From positions 1,696,001-1,760,000 of the forward strand of contig CBDHHL010000032.1 in NCBI GenBank assembly GCA_965263355.1: a stretch of DNA of 64,000 bases, in the 5' to 3' direction. A program made the position numbers and the translations under genes. Origin of the DNA: Leptolyngbyaceae cyanobacterium. Its GTDB lineage: Bacteria > Cyanobacteriota > Cyanobacteriia > Phormidesmidales > Phormidesmidaceae. The notes beneath the pieces are model-generated. The model saw only the letters and a list, made by a program, of their open reading frames with translations. It ran no database searches and was not told the origin of the DNA. Below, piece by piece: positions 41,092-51,800 of this stretch. Positions within the stretch are counted from its first letter, which is position 1. Every line of letters begins with the position of its first letter.

Positions 41092-43743
41092 ATGGATTTT
41101 GGCCCATGGTTTAATGTTTCAGGAGTATGGATTAGCTGGCATGATCTGCTTTCAGATTTGGCAATAAGCCATAGCATCCTTGGTCTGGCTATTGGCAGTC
41201 TGGTGGTAAGTTTGGTTGCGGTTACCTTATATAGCTATTGGCTAAACCAGGAAGTTAAACATCGTCAACGAGTTGAGGCTGATTTACGAGCTAGCGAAGC
41301 CCATTATCGAGCTTTAATTGATGCTTTGCCTGATTTGATTGTGCGGATGAATCGGGCTGGTATCTATCTAGAATTTCTGGCTTCCCCTAATTTTTTGATC
41401 CTGGGGGAGCCCAAAAATTGGGTGGGTACTCACATAACTGAGCAGTTACCGCCAGACATCGCCCAAAAACGTTTAGTGGCTATCCAAAAAGCATTATCGA
41501 CCCGATCTGTTGAAACCTATGAACAAACACTTTCCATTAATGGCCGTCTGAAAGTTGAGCAGGTAAGAGTTGTTCCCCACAGTGCAGATGAAGTACTTGT
41601 GTTGATCCAGAATATTAGCGATCGCAAACAAGCTGAAAAATGTTTACGTATTAGTGAGCAACGATTTCGGCGGGCGCTCTCAATGGCCCCCTATCCCATC
41701 ATGATCCATGCCGAGGATGGTGAGGTAATACATATTAACAGTACCTGGACAGAACTGACAGGATATACCCATAAAGATATTCCGACGACCCGAGCATGGG
41801 CCCAGTTGGCCTATGGAGACAATGCAGATTACATGCTTGAAAATGTGATTGCCAAAAAATACAACTTTGTCACCCGTACAGATGAAGGAGCCTTAGCCGT
41901 TAATACTGCCAAGGGGAGACAGCTTATCTGGAAATTTAGCTCCTCGCCATTGGAACAGCTCCCAGACGGTCGTCGAGTGATTATTTCCATGGCTGTCGAT
42001 ATCACTGAAAGCCGTCAGGTGGAAATGGCCTTAAAGGATAGTGAAGAACGCTATCGCAGTATCTACAACCAAGCAGCAGTGGGCTTAGCCAACGGGACCC
42101 TAGATGGCAAATTTATCGATGTAAACCCTCGGTTTTGCGAAATGCTTGGGTATTCTCGCGAAGAACTACTCGCTAAATCTTTTATAGAAATTACCCATCC
42201 AGATGACCGACTCCAGTCTAAGGCAGTTGCCCATAGCTTATTTGCGAATGAAACTCCCTATTTTTTTCATGAGAAACGCTATCTATGCAAGGATGGTAGT
42301 TTTTTGTGGTGCAATACGGGAGTATCGATTGTACGAGACGCTCAGGGTCGTCCGAAACATACCTTAGCGGTCATTCGTGATATTAGCGATCGCATCAAAG
42401 CAGAAGAACAGCTTAAACATGATGCTTTTCATGATGAATTGACTGGACTGCCAAATCGTAGCCTGCTGATGGCACGGCTAGAATTAGCCTTAAAACGCAC
42501 TAAACAGCATACGGAGACGCAACTGGCAGTACTATTTTTAGATCTCGATAACTTTAAAGTTGTTAATGATAGTCTTGGCCATCAAGTTGGCGATCAACTG
42601 CTATTGGCCATTTCTGAAAAGCTAAAGCTAGTTATCCATGAAACGGATTTAGCTGCTCGCTTAGGGGGAGATGAGTTTGTTATTTTACTAGAGAAGATTA
42701 GCGATCTTTCAGAAGCGGTAATAGTTGCAGAACGGATTTTAGAGACTTTAAAGTTTCCGGTTAATATTGCTAATCGTAAGCTATTTCCTGGTGTCAGCAT
42801 TGGTATTGCCCTATCTGGACAAAATCGTCATTACCAGGCATCAGATCTTTTACGAAATGCTGATGTGGCTATGTATAGAGCTAAACATAGTGGTCGTGGG
42901 CGATATGTCGTCTTTGATTCCAGTATGCATCTACGGGTAATGACGCGGCTACAAATTGAGAATAATCTCCGAAAAGCCTTAGAAAATGAGGAATTTCTGC
43001 TCTACTATCAACCGATTATTAATCTGAGAACCCAGAAAATCACAGCATTTGAAATAATGCTCCGATGGCAGCATCCTGAAGAGGGACTGCTGCGACCAGA
43101 ACGATTTATTGATATTGCTAAGGAGATCGGTTTAGTCTCATCTATTGATGAATGGGTTTTGTGGACAGCCTGTCGACAATTAGTGATCTGGCAAACCTAT
43201 TTTCCTGAGAGTTCTCTAGGATTTAACATCAATTTTTTAGGCGAAAAATTAAAGGACTCTCTTTTAATCAAGTTTGAGGAAATTTTAACTGTCCATAGCC
43301 CTGCAGATAACAGTTTAATCCTTGAAATTACAGAGAGTATGCTGGTGCAAGATTTTGAGACAACCAAACATTTGCTCCAGCGATTACAGGATATGGGTGT
43401 CGGTGTGGTAATTGATGACTTTGGTACCGGTGATTCTTGTTTGAGATATTTACATCAGTTACCGGTGCAGGGCCTCAAAATTGCTCAAAACTTTATCAAT
43501 CTGGCTGAATTAAATGCAGCTAATCAGGTGATTGCCGAGTCAATTATTTCACTCTGTAAGTCGCTGGGCCTGACGACTATTGCAGAGGGAGTAAACGTGT
43601 GTCAACAGTTACATTGGCTAAAAAAAGTTGGTTGCGATGCGGTACAGGGGGAGTATTTTGCTGGGCCAATGAGTGTGGCGGAGGCAACTGAGTTTCTAGA
43701 TCAGGAGAAATCCTTCCAGCTGTGCCGTTTTCCTAATGATTAA
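41092..43743 (+). CDS. Membrane-anchored PAS(x3)-GGDEF-EAL protein
   Basis: TM helix, PAS/PAC repeats, DELTGLPNR, DLDNFK, RLGGDEF; EAL domain with EIM and DDFGTGDS. Confidence 0.9.
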   Translation: MDFGPWFNVSGVWISWHDLLSDLAISHSILGLAIGSLVVSLVAVTLYSYWLNQEVKHRQRVEADLRASEAHYRALIDALPDLIVRMNRAGIYLEFLASPNFLILGEPKNWVGTHITEQLPPDIAQKRLVAIQKALSTRSVETYEQTLSINGRLKVEQVRVVPHSADEVLVLIQNISDRKQAEKCLRISEQRFRRALSMAPYPIMIHAEDGEVIHINSTWTELTGYTHKDIPTTRAWAQLAYGDNADYMLENVIAKKYNFVTRTDEGALAVNTAKGRQLIWKFSSSPLEQLPDGRRVIISMAVDITESRQVEMALKDSEERYRSIYNQAAVGLANGTLDGKFIDVNPRFCEMLGYSREELLAKSFIEITHPDDRLQSKAVAHSLFANETPYFFHEKRYLCKDGSFLWCNTGVSIVRDAQGRPKHTLAVIRDISDRIKAEEQLKHDAFHDELTGLPNRSLLMARLELALKRTKQHTETQLAVLFLDLDNFKVVNDSLGHQVGDQLLLAISEKLKLVIHETDLAARLGGDEFVILLEKISDLSEAVIVAERILETLKFPVNIANRKLFPGVSIGIALSGQNRHYQASDLLRNADVAMYRAKHSGRGRYVVFDSSMHLRVMTRLQIENNLRKALENEEFLLYYQPIINLRTQKITAFEIMLRWQHPEEGLLRPERFIDIAKEIGLVSSIDEWVLWTACRQLVIWQTYFPESSLGFNINFLGEKLKDSLLIKFEEILTVHSPADNSLILEITESMLVQDFETTKHLLQRLQDMGVGVVIDDFGTGDSCLRYLHQLPVQGLKIAQNFINLAELNAANQVIAESIISLCKSLGLTTIAEGVNVCQQLHWLKKVGCDAVQGEYFAGPMSVAEATEFLDQEKSFQLCRFPND

Positions 43744-43943
43744 TCTGGGCCATTAAGGCATCTAAACCTCGCCCGCGTCCAGAACGGTCGTTTTTCCGCC
43801 AAAAAATCTAAAGTTTTCAACGTTAGACATAGTTTATCAAAGTTTTGTGGAATAGATGGGTTTTATTAAAGAGTTCGGATAAGACACTATTAACAAGTAG
43901 AGTTAAGCGGTTCGCTAATTAAACGTTCATTAGGAGGTTGCAA

Positions 43944-44414
43944 ATGCATAATCAACATGTAATAGCTAGCATTCTGATGATGGCCACCGTTAGCAGTATG
44001 GTGGCCAGTTGGGCCGCTCCGGCCCATGGTCAATGGGAGCAAACCCAGTTGGCAGTAGAGATTAGCGGTGTCAATACCCCTCAAGGTCAGGTTTGTTTGA
44101 ACCTCTTTGATAGTAGTCATGGCTTCCCTAGCAATCGCGATGAGGCGGTGCAAACCCAATGTATTGCCATGGTAGACGACACCCCCCTGGTGGCCACATT
44201 TGAAAACCTAAACCCTGGTAACTACGCAGTTTCAGTCTTTCACGATGCCAACGGCGATAATGAGTTTAATCGTAACTTTGTTGGCATGCCTGTCGAAGGA
44301 TTTGGCTTTTCCCGCAACCCAACTGCATTGACAGGACCGCCTGCATTTGGGGATGTGATGGTTTTGGTCGCAGGAGCAGAGACAAGGATTGCGGTGGAAC
44401 TTAGTTATTTTTAA
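43944..44414 (+). CDS. DUF2141 family secreted protein
   Basis: PGNYAVSVFHDANGD...GMPVEGFGFSRN; RBS GGAGG. Confidence 0.85.
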   Translation: MHNQHVIASILMMATVSSMVASWAAPAHGQWEQTQLAVEISGVNTPQGQVCLNLFDSSHGFPSNRDEAVQTQCIAMVDDTPLVATFENLNPGNYAVSVFHDANGDNEFNRNFVGMPVEGFGFSRNPTALTGPPAFGDVMVLVAGAETRIAVELSYF

Positions 44415-44439
44415 TAATCGCTAGGATGGTGATTAGTAG

Positions 44440-44640
44440 GATTTCCTCGCAAAGCGAGACGATTTCCTCGCAAAGCGAGACGTTATTTCCTCGCAAAGCG
44501 AGATCGATTTCCTCGCAAAGCGAGACGATTTCCTCGCAAAGCGAGACGATTTCCTCGCAAAGCGAGACGATTTCCTCGCAAAGCGAGACGATTTCCTCGC
44601 AAAGCGAGACGATTTCCTCGCAAAGCGAGACGATTTCCTC
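44440..44640 (+). repeat. Tandem array of 21-bp unit GATTTCCTCGCAAAGCGAGAC (9 copies plus a partial one)
   Basis: Direct reading. Copy 3 carries 3 extra nt; each unit has the hairpin CTCGC-AAA-GCGAG. Confidence 0.95.
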
Positions 44641-44843
44641 AATAATGTGGAGTTCGAAATTTGGAATGCGCTCCCTTTCCGAATTCCGAATTTCGAATTT
44701 CGACGTCTAACTTAATCGAAATTTCCCGGCGTAAGTTGATGCCCGATGAGTGCGTGGTGAGTAGCAAACCTTCCACGTTAAGTTGATCCATATTACTAGA
44801 ATATTGAGTGGAGGATACGCTAGGGTTATGTCAAGTTTGACAG

Positions 44844-47800
44844 ATGGCTAGTAGCTTCTCAATATCTATGATGGGCGACGTTTACGATGCTTTTGTTTCC
44901 TATGGTCGTGCTGATAGTAAGGCCTTTGTTGTAAAGCTATGTGAACGGCTGACGGAGGCTGGCTATCGTGTTTGGTGTGACTTTAACGAAATTCCCCTAG
45001 CTGTTGATTTTCAAAACCAAATCGATGATGGTATTGAAAAATCCCATAACTTTCTGTTTGTGATCTCGCCTCATTCGGTCAATTCAATCTACTGTGCTAA
45101 AGAGATTGACATTGCGCTACATCATCAAAAACGGATTATTCCACTGTTGCATGTGGAACAAATTGATCGAGAGACGTGGCAGCAGCGTAACCCTAATGGT
45201 ACCGATGCTCAGTGGCATGACTATCAGGTAAAGGGACTGCATTCCAGTTTTCCTAATATGATCCCCCAGATTAGCAAGATTAATTGGGTGTACATGCGGG
45301 AAGAACAGGATGACTTTGATCAATCTTTAACTAGTCTGGCGCAGATTTTTCATCGTAATCGCGACTATGTGGAAAATCATACCCACTTTTTAATTGATGC
45401 ACTGACCTGGAGACGACAGCAAAAACAAACAGAGTTTTTACTCTTGGGAGAATCTAGACAGCTAGCGGAAACATGGCTTAAACAAAGGTTTAAGACTAAA
45501 CAACCGCCCTGTATTCCCACTGATTTGCACTGTGAGTTCATCACTGAAAGCATCAAAAACGCTAACAACATGATGACTCAGGTGTTTTTGGTCTATGCCC
45601 AGGCCGATACTGAGATTATGGATAATATTCGGCGATCGCTGCGACGACAGGGGTTTACGGTGTGGAGTAACCAGACGGATATTCTCACCGGAGAAGCGTT
45701 TAAGCAGGCAATAAATCGGGGTATCGAAGAGGCAGACTCCATCGTGTATTTACTATCGCCAGATTCCCTGCAATCTCAATATTGCCAATATGAATTGGAA
45801 TATGCTCTAGCGCTTAACAAACGAGTGGTACCTATTTTGGTAAACCCTCTGGGAGCAGTTAAGAGTTCGCCAGAGTTAGCCTCGCTACAATATATAGATT
45901 TGACGGATAACTTTAGTGGAGAAGATTATCAGCTGGATGAAAGCGATTTAATTAAGGTGCTTAATCAAGATGTGGTTTACTACAGCCAGCACAAGGTTCT
46001 ATTGGTCAAGGCCTTAAAATGGAAACGGCAACAACAAAATCCTAGTGTATTGTTGCGAGGCTATGATCTACGTCATGCCGAAGTCTGGTTAAAAACAGCT
46101 GTAGGACGCACAGACCATCCAGCAACAAATTTTCATCGTGAGTTTATTCAGGCCAGTTTGGATCAGCCACCGCTGTCGTCCATTGATGTGTTTATTTCCT
46201 ATTCCAGTGCCGATGCTGATATTGCTCGTAAGATCAATAGTGCATTGCAGAGTCAGGGAAAAACCACCTGGTTTGATCAGGAGAGTATTGCTGCTGGCAG
46301 TGCTAATTTTCAGCGAGAGATTTACAAAGGTATTGAGGTATCTGATAACCTTTTGTTTATTTTGTCTCCTCGTTCTGTCAATTCCCCCTATTGTAAATTA
46401 GAGGTAGACCATGGTGCTCGATTTAATAAACGATTGGTCACCATCTTGCATCAGCCTGTGAATACGGCTGACCTACACCCTCAGCTAGCCAGGGTACAGT
46501 GGCTAGACTTTAGCCAACAACGGGGTAATTTCACGACCCATTTTAATCATCTTATCCGTACCCTGGATACGGATCGTGACCATGTGCAGAGCCATACCAA
46601 GTGGCTGCAGCGGGCCCTTGAGTGGCACCAAAAAGAACAAAGTTGTGATTTGCTATTGCGAGGGGCAGAGAGTGCGATCGCAACCCAATGGCTGCAAGAT
46701 AGCCAAAAACATCAAAAGACCCCGGCAGTTACCGTAGAGCAACAGGCCTTTATTACTGCTAGCCAGGATGCCGTTGAAGCAGAAGCCCGTCGTGAAAAAC
46801 GGCGTATGATGGTTACCCAAGCATTGCTAGCGGGGATGAGTATTTTGTTTCTGGTAGCAGGTGGGGCCAGTGCTATAGCCTTTAGGGAAAAGAGTCGTTT
46901 AGAATTAGATGAGAGAGCCGCAGAGGTGAGTCGCTCTCTGATTACTAAACCTGTAGAGAGCCTTTTAGACACTCTGAAATTGGTAAAAAAAAGTCAGTCT
47001 CGACTGTTGGAACTGAGGCCCTCCGTGCGTTCCACCCTGCGCAACGCCATTGGTATAACAGTGGAAAAAAATCGCTTGGAACGCCATGATGAGGCAGTTT
47101 GGTCAGCGGTCTATAGCCCTGATGGTCGGATTATTGCTAGTACTGGCTTTGATGACATTATTCATCTGTGGGATCAAGACGGCAATGTGATTAGTAACCC
47201 TTTTGAAGGTCATGAGGATGATATTTGGTTAGTGGCCTTTAGTCCCGATGGTCAGGCAATTGTCAGCGCCAGTTCTGATGAAACACTACGTCTGTGGGAT
47301 TTGCAAGGAAATTTGTTGGTTGATCCGTTGAAAGGGCATCAGGGCCATGTCAAGACAGTAGCCTTTAGCCCCGATGGCACCCGGATTGTCAGTGGCGATC
47401 AGAGCGGTACCATCAGGCTATGGAATCGGCAGGGGCAGTATCTAGCCTTTAGAGCTGATGAGCAGACCGAGAATCAGGCCGATGAGCAGACCGAGAATCA
47501 GGTCAATGATCAGGTGGATGATCAAACCAATAGCGAGAGAACAGTTTGGTCAGTGGCCTTTAGCCCAGACGGGACCCAGATTATCAGTGGTCGAGAAGAT
47601 GGGCTAATCCATCTTTGGACTCCCCAGGGTAAACTGCTTAAAACCTTTCAGAAGGAGCATACAGGCGCTATATTTTCTGTCGTGTTCAGCCCTGATGGAG
47701 ACTTAATCGCCAGTGGTGGTACCGATAAGATTGTGCGCCTATGGGACCGGCAGGGAAACTTACTAAATCAGCTAGAGGGCCACACAGATGGGGTGATGTC

Positions 47801-48980
47801 TCTGGCTTTTAGTCCTGATGGGCAGTGGTTAATCAGTGGCGGCAATGACAATACAGTCCGGGTGTGGAGTCGAGAGGGTCAGCCTGTGGGGCCTCCCCTA
47901 ATTGGCCATAAATACTATGTGTATTCTGTTGCTGTGAGTCCCGATGGACAAACCATTCTGAGCGGTAGTGAGGATATGACACTGCGACTTTGGGATATGC
48001 AAGCTGTGTTACAGCGTAAAGCTACAGCCATTCATGACGGTGCTGTTAATGCCATGGCGGCTAGCGGTGATGGTCAAACCCTGGTGACAGCAGGAAATGA
48101 TGGCACCGTAAGATTGTTGGATAGTAGTGGTAACGAGATTGCCAGATTCCATGGGCATACGGATGCCGTATTATCGGTAGATATAGGTCAGGATGGGCAA
48201 ATCATTGCTAGCGGCAGCGCTGACAATACGGTTAAACTTTGGACTCGTCAAGGGAATGAGATTGCCACCCTAAAGGCCCATAAGGAATCCGTCAATGCTG
48301 TCGCAATTCATCCAACGCAAGCGCTGATGGCCACTGCCAGTGACGACCAGACTATTCGTCTGTGGGACCTGCAGGGTAACCCCGTGGGACAACCGATAAC
48401 GACCCATAACGACAGGGTTAATACAGTGGTGTTTAGCCCCGATGGTCAACGGTTGGTGAGTGGTAGTGATGACCGCACTATTCGGCTTTGGGACTTACAG
48501 GGCAACCCGATAGGCGATCCTTTAGAAGGGCACACGGATGATGTCAATGCCGTTGCCTTTAGTCCTGATGGTCAGATGTTTGTCAGTGCCAGTCGTGATC
48601 AGACGCTGCGCTTATGGAACCGTGATGGTCGTCCTATGGGGGATGCGTTTGAGGGACACCTGAGTAATGTGGTGGCAGTGACCTTTAGCCCCGATGGTCA
48701 GTACATTGTTAGTGCCAGTCGTGATCAGACATTGCGGCTATGGGATTTGCAGGGTATTCCTATCGGTAACCCATTGACGGGACATAATGCGACGGCCAGT
48801 ACGGTTTTGTTTAGTGGCGATGGTCAGTGGTTGTTGAGTGCTAACAGCGATGGCCTGCTGCGTCGTTGGGAGGGGGGCTCGATTCAAGATTGGGTAGAGT
48901 GGGGGTGCGATCGCATCCGTGACCATTCCATGCTTAAGCCCTCAGATACTGCTAGAGATGTTACAACTTGTCAATTTTAG
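44844..48980 (+). CDS. Triple-TIR + TM + 14x WD40 protein
   Basis: Three TIR_2-like units (FVSYGRAD..SIYCAKE; FLVYAQAD..SQYCQYE; FISYSSAD..SPYCKLE), a hydrophobic helix, then 14 WD40 repeats. Confidence 0.9.
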   Translation: MASSFSISMMGDVYDAFVSYGRADSKAFVVKLCERLTEAGYRVWCDFNEIPLAVDFQNQIDDGIEKSHNFLFVISPHSVNSIYCAKEIDIALHHQKRIIPLLHVEQIDRETWQQRNPNGTDAQWHDYQVKGLHSSFPNMIPQISKINWVYMREEQDDFDQSLTSLAQIFHRNRDYVENHTHFLIDALTWRRQQKQTEFLLLGESRQLAETWLKQRFKTKQPPCIPTDLHCEFITESIKNANNMMTQVFLVYAQADTEIMDNIRRSLRRQGFTVWSNQTDILTGEAFKQAINRGIEEADSIVYLLSPDSLQSQYCQYELEYALALNKRVVPILVNPLGAVKSSPELASLQYIDLTDNFSGEDYQLDESDLIKVLNQDVVYYSQHKVLLVKALKWKRQQQNPSVLLRGYDLRHAEVWLKTAVGRTDHPATNFHREFIQASLDQPPLSSIDVFISYSSADADIARKINSALQSQGKTTWFDQESIAAGSANFQREIYKGIEVSDNLLFILSPRSVNSPYCKLEVDHGARFNKRLVTILHQPVNTADLHPQLARVQWLDFSQQRGNFTTHFNHLIRTLDTDRDHVQSHTKWLQRALEWHQKEQSCDLLLRGAESAIATQWLQDSQKHQKTPAVTVEQQAFITASQDAVEAEARREKRRMMVTQALLAGMSILFLVAGGASAIAFREKSRLELDERAAEVSRSLITKPVESLLDTLKLVKKSQSRLLELRPSVRSTLRNAIGITVEKNRLERHDEAVWSAVYSPDGRIIASTGFDDIIHLWDQDGNVISNPFEGHEDDIWLVAFSPDGQAIVSASSDETLRLWDLQGNLLVDPLKGHQGHVKTVAFSPDGTRIVSGDQSGTIRLWNRQGQYLAFRADEQTENQADEQTENQVNDQVDDQTNSERTVWSVAFSPDGTQIISGREDGLIHLWTPQGKLLKTFQKEHTGAIFSVVFSPDGDLIASGGTDKIVRLWDRQGNLLNQLEGHTDGVMSLAFSPDGQWLISGGNDNTVRVWSREGQPVGPPLIGHKYYVYSVAVSPDGQTILSGSEDMTLRLWDMQAVLQRKATAIHDGAVNAMAASGDGQTLVTAGNDGTVRLLDSSGNEIARFHGHTDAVLSVDIGQDGQIIASGSADNTVKLWTRQGNEIATLKAHKESVNAVAIHPTQALMATASDDQTIRLWDLQGNPVGQPITTHNDRVNTVVFSPDGQRLVSGSDDRTIRLWDLQGNPIGDPLEGHTDDVNAVAFSPDGQMFVSASRDQTLRLWNRDGRPMGDAFEGHLSNVVAVTFSPDGQYIVSASRDQTLRLWDLQGIPIGNPLTGHNATASTVLFSGDGQWLLSANSDGLLRRWEGGSIQDWVEWGCDRIRDHSMLKPSDTARDVTTCQF

Positions 48981-49257
48981 CAACAATAATCATCCCCTCA
49001 CCTCTCACTGTTTTACCCACGATTTTAAGTTTGCTGCAATATCAATAGAACAACCCCTTTTAATCTCAGCAAGATTGCAATTTTTCTTTAGACAGAATGT
49101 GTATTATTACGTATTAATACAGCCAGGAGCTAGGAAATTGAGTATCCCGTCTAATTAATAAACCTTGAGCGTTGTATGAATAGTGGCTACTTTTTTTGCG
49201 TAGTAACCAACTCAACGACAACCTATCCACACAAATACTGCCTTATGTAACAAGCGG

Positions 49258-49693
49258 TTACCATATGCATGGTCTGTAGATTTTTTCTATGGAGTCTGTT
49301 TTCAGGTAATTCACAGATGAGACTTCTCTTTTCCCAATTCTCGGATTTAATTGAGTTAACCTGCAACAACAGCTAGCTATTGTGAGGTTAAAGGTCGGTT
49401 TGACCTGTAATGGCAGGGTAAAGGTAACGATGCCGAATAGCCATACGGGCATAAAAACGGCACTACTAGGGTAAAGGTAACGATGCCGAATAGCCGCGAC
49501 TACCAAACCAGCGGTGAAAGCTCGTTAGATTATCTTGTCGAAAGCGATAGAAGAGATCGATCATGATCATGAATATGCTGGCACTGGCTAATGTTTTTTC
49601 AGGGTCATAGTTGAAGAGAAAGAAGCTGATCAGATGACCGGGGATAGCAGCGGCGATAATCAAAATCAGCCCACGAACATTGAGTGCAGACAT
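49258..49693 (-). pseudogene. Small membrane protein frameshifted by a 28-bp inserted copy
   Basis: 28-bp repeat at 49415-49442 and 49468-49495; removing the latter fuses the two ORFs into 135 aa. Confidence 0.55.
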
Positions 49694-50315
49694 GGTTAGA
49701 TGCTAGCGTTTGTATATTAAATATGGATAAAGGCCTGGTGCACCAGGCTTCTAACAACTTTAGGTTTCCCAAAGCAGTGGTAGATGCGTCAGGAGTAGTT
49801 TCATGGAGAGTAGACTCAATTCCTGACGCTTTGCACGACTCGATTGCTAGCTCCAGGATACTGATTTCTGTTCTTAAGTTGGAATTTGGAATTGCTGTCT
49901 TTTACGGTGTAGAACGGATGCGGAGCACGTAATACTTGGCCGATCGCCAGTGAAGATATGGAGCCATTCTTCGACCAGCCTCTAGTGCTAGGGCTATGGG
50001 CTTCGACGTTAGCTCAGCCGAGCGGAAGAAGGGGAGCAGGGGAGCAAAAATTGTGTAGTATCGAGCTATCTGAATCTATAGATTTAGTCCTTCTGTGAAC
50101 GCGACCATATCATCCAGAGCTTTAGCTCTTCATAGTCCATTTATTCCCTATGGCCACGCCGTTGCTGTATAGTCAACGGTTGGCTAATGGGTTTGAGGGG
50201 ATAGGGTCTGCTTGAAGAAGCTGGGTTTATTTCCCTAAAATAGGAGCAGGTGGATGGGGGCAGACTGCTTTTAAGACTTATAGATGATTCAGAAACAACT
50301 GGTGTAAAAACAATA

Positions 50316-51800
50316 ATGAGTTATCAACAGGCGGTGGATTGTATTGAGCGGGGTGAACTGAGTACGGCATTAGCGCTGTTGGATCGGGTAATTTTGGCCA
50401 ATTCGCAACAGACGGAGGCCTATCGACTGCGGGGACGGACGCGGCTGCAGATTGGTGATAGTGCGGGAGCGATCGCAGATTACACCAAAGTCATTCAGCG
50501 GGAACCAACGGCGCAGGCCTATCTAGGCCGAGCACTGGCCTATGTAAACACGTCTACACCATCATCCGCCATCATCGATGCACAGCAAGCGTTAAAACTA
50601 GATGCCCAGCTGGCAGCGGCACAACGATTACTAGGTAAGATGCATCGTCAGTTAGGTCAGCCTCAAGCCGCAATTATCGCCTATAAAGCCGCCACCAAGT
50701 TATATCTGGCGCAAAAAGATAAGGCCAATGCAACCGATTGTTTGGCACAGGCAAATCAGCTACAGACCGAGTTAAATCAGCCGATAACGCCTACCAATAA
50801 AGAATCTCAGACCCCAGGGAACAATCTAGAAACACCGCCCATGGTGTCACCCACAGAATTTTTACAGAGAGCCAGGGAAAAAGTAACCCAAGGTCAATTA
50901 AGACAGGCTTTGGAGGATCTTAATTGGTTGTTGGAAATTGACCCAGATCATGTGGAAGCGCTGTGCGATCGCGCCTATCTCCAAGCCCAGCTCCATCGTT
51001 ACGAAGCGGCAACACGCGATCTGGCCAGGGTGCAACAGCTGGCTCCAACGGATCCGGCAATACAAGTACGACGGGTCCAGATTCGGTTAGCGTTGGGAGA
51101 TGCCCATGGGACCATCAAGACAATCACTGAGTTAATGAAAACAGAAGTGACCGCAGAACGATTAACAATTCGAGGGGAAGCCTATCAACAACTTGGCGAT
51201 CTGGACAATGCATTTAAGGATTATTCCAATGCGATCGCTATGCAACCATCGGCTGAACTGTATAACGCACGGGCATCGGTACAGTCTGGGAAAGAGGCTT
51301 TAGAGGATTATCGACAGGCGGCATCCCTGTGGTTAGATCAGGGAAATTGGCGGGCGCAGCGGGTAGCATTGGATCGGGCAGAGGCGATGGACCAGGAATT
51401 GGCTCGGGAAAAGACTGCAGCTGAGGCTGAGCGGTTGATTCGGGTACCGATTAAGGCGATGCGGTCGGGCATGCCAGTGATTGAGGTACGGTTTAATGAT
51501 CAACGGTCATTTGATATGTTGATGCAGCAGGATTTACCCCGCACTATCATTACGGGGTCGATGGCGTCGATGCTGGCAATTAAGGGAACGCCGGGGGGCT
51601 TTTTGCAGATTCCAGGGGAGGCGACAATGCCCATCAGTAATGGTTGGGTACGGTCGATTCGGGTACAGTCGGCGGTGGTGATGAATGTGCAGGTTGCGAT
51701 CTCTGCCACCTTTTCAGCCGGTCTCCTGGGCCAAGACTTCCTGGCTAATTACGATGTTCGCATTCTCGCCAACGAGGTTGAACTTTACCGCCGTCAGTAA
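50316..51800 (+). CDS. TPR protein with a degenerate C-terminal retropepsin-like domain
   Basis: TPR helices; PVIEVRFN...GLLGQDFL retropepsin frame, but DTG is replaced by QQD. Confidence 0.8.
   Translation: MSYQQAVDCIERGELSTALALLDRVILANSQQTEAYRLRGRTRLQIGDSAGAIADYTKVIQREPTAQAYLGRALAYVNTSTPSSAIIDAQQALKLDAQLAAAQRLLGKMHRQLGQPQAAIIAYKAATKLYLAQKDKANATDCLAQANQLQTELNQPITPTNKESQTPGNNLETPPMVSPTEFLQRAREKVTQGQLRQALEDLNWLLEIDPDHVEALCDRAYLQAQLHRYEAATRDLARVQQLAPTDPAIQVRRVQIRLALGDAHGTIKTITELMKTEVTAERLTIRGEAYQQLGDLDNAFKDYSNAIAMQPSAELYNARASVQSGKEALEDYRQAASLWLDQGNWRAQRVALDRAEAMDQELAREKTAAEAERLIRVPIKAMRSGMPVIEVRFNDQRSFDMLMQQDLPRTIITGSMASMLAIKGTPGGFLQIPGEATMPISNGWVRSIRVQSAVVMNVQVAISATFSAGLLGQDFLANYDVRILANEVELYRRQ

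Noticed and set aside
44440..44640. CRISPR array
   Set aside because: Units are contiguous with no unique spacers, and no cas genes are present.
44426..44710. ORFs (SSQSETI)n and (RKSSRFA)n
   Set aside because: Translations of a 21-bp repeat that lacks stop codons; no independent evidence of coding.
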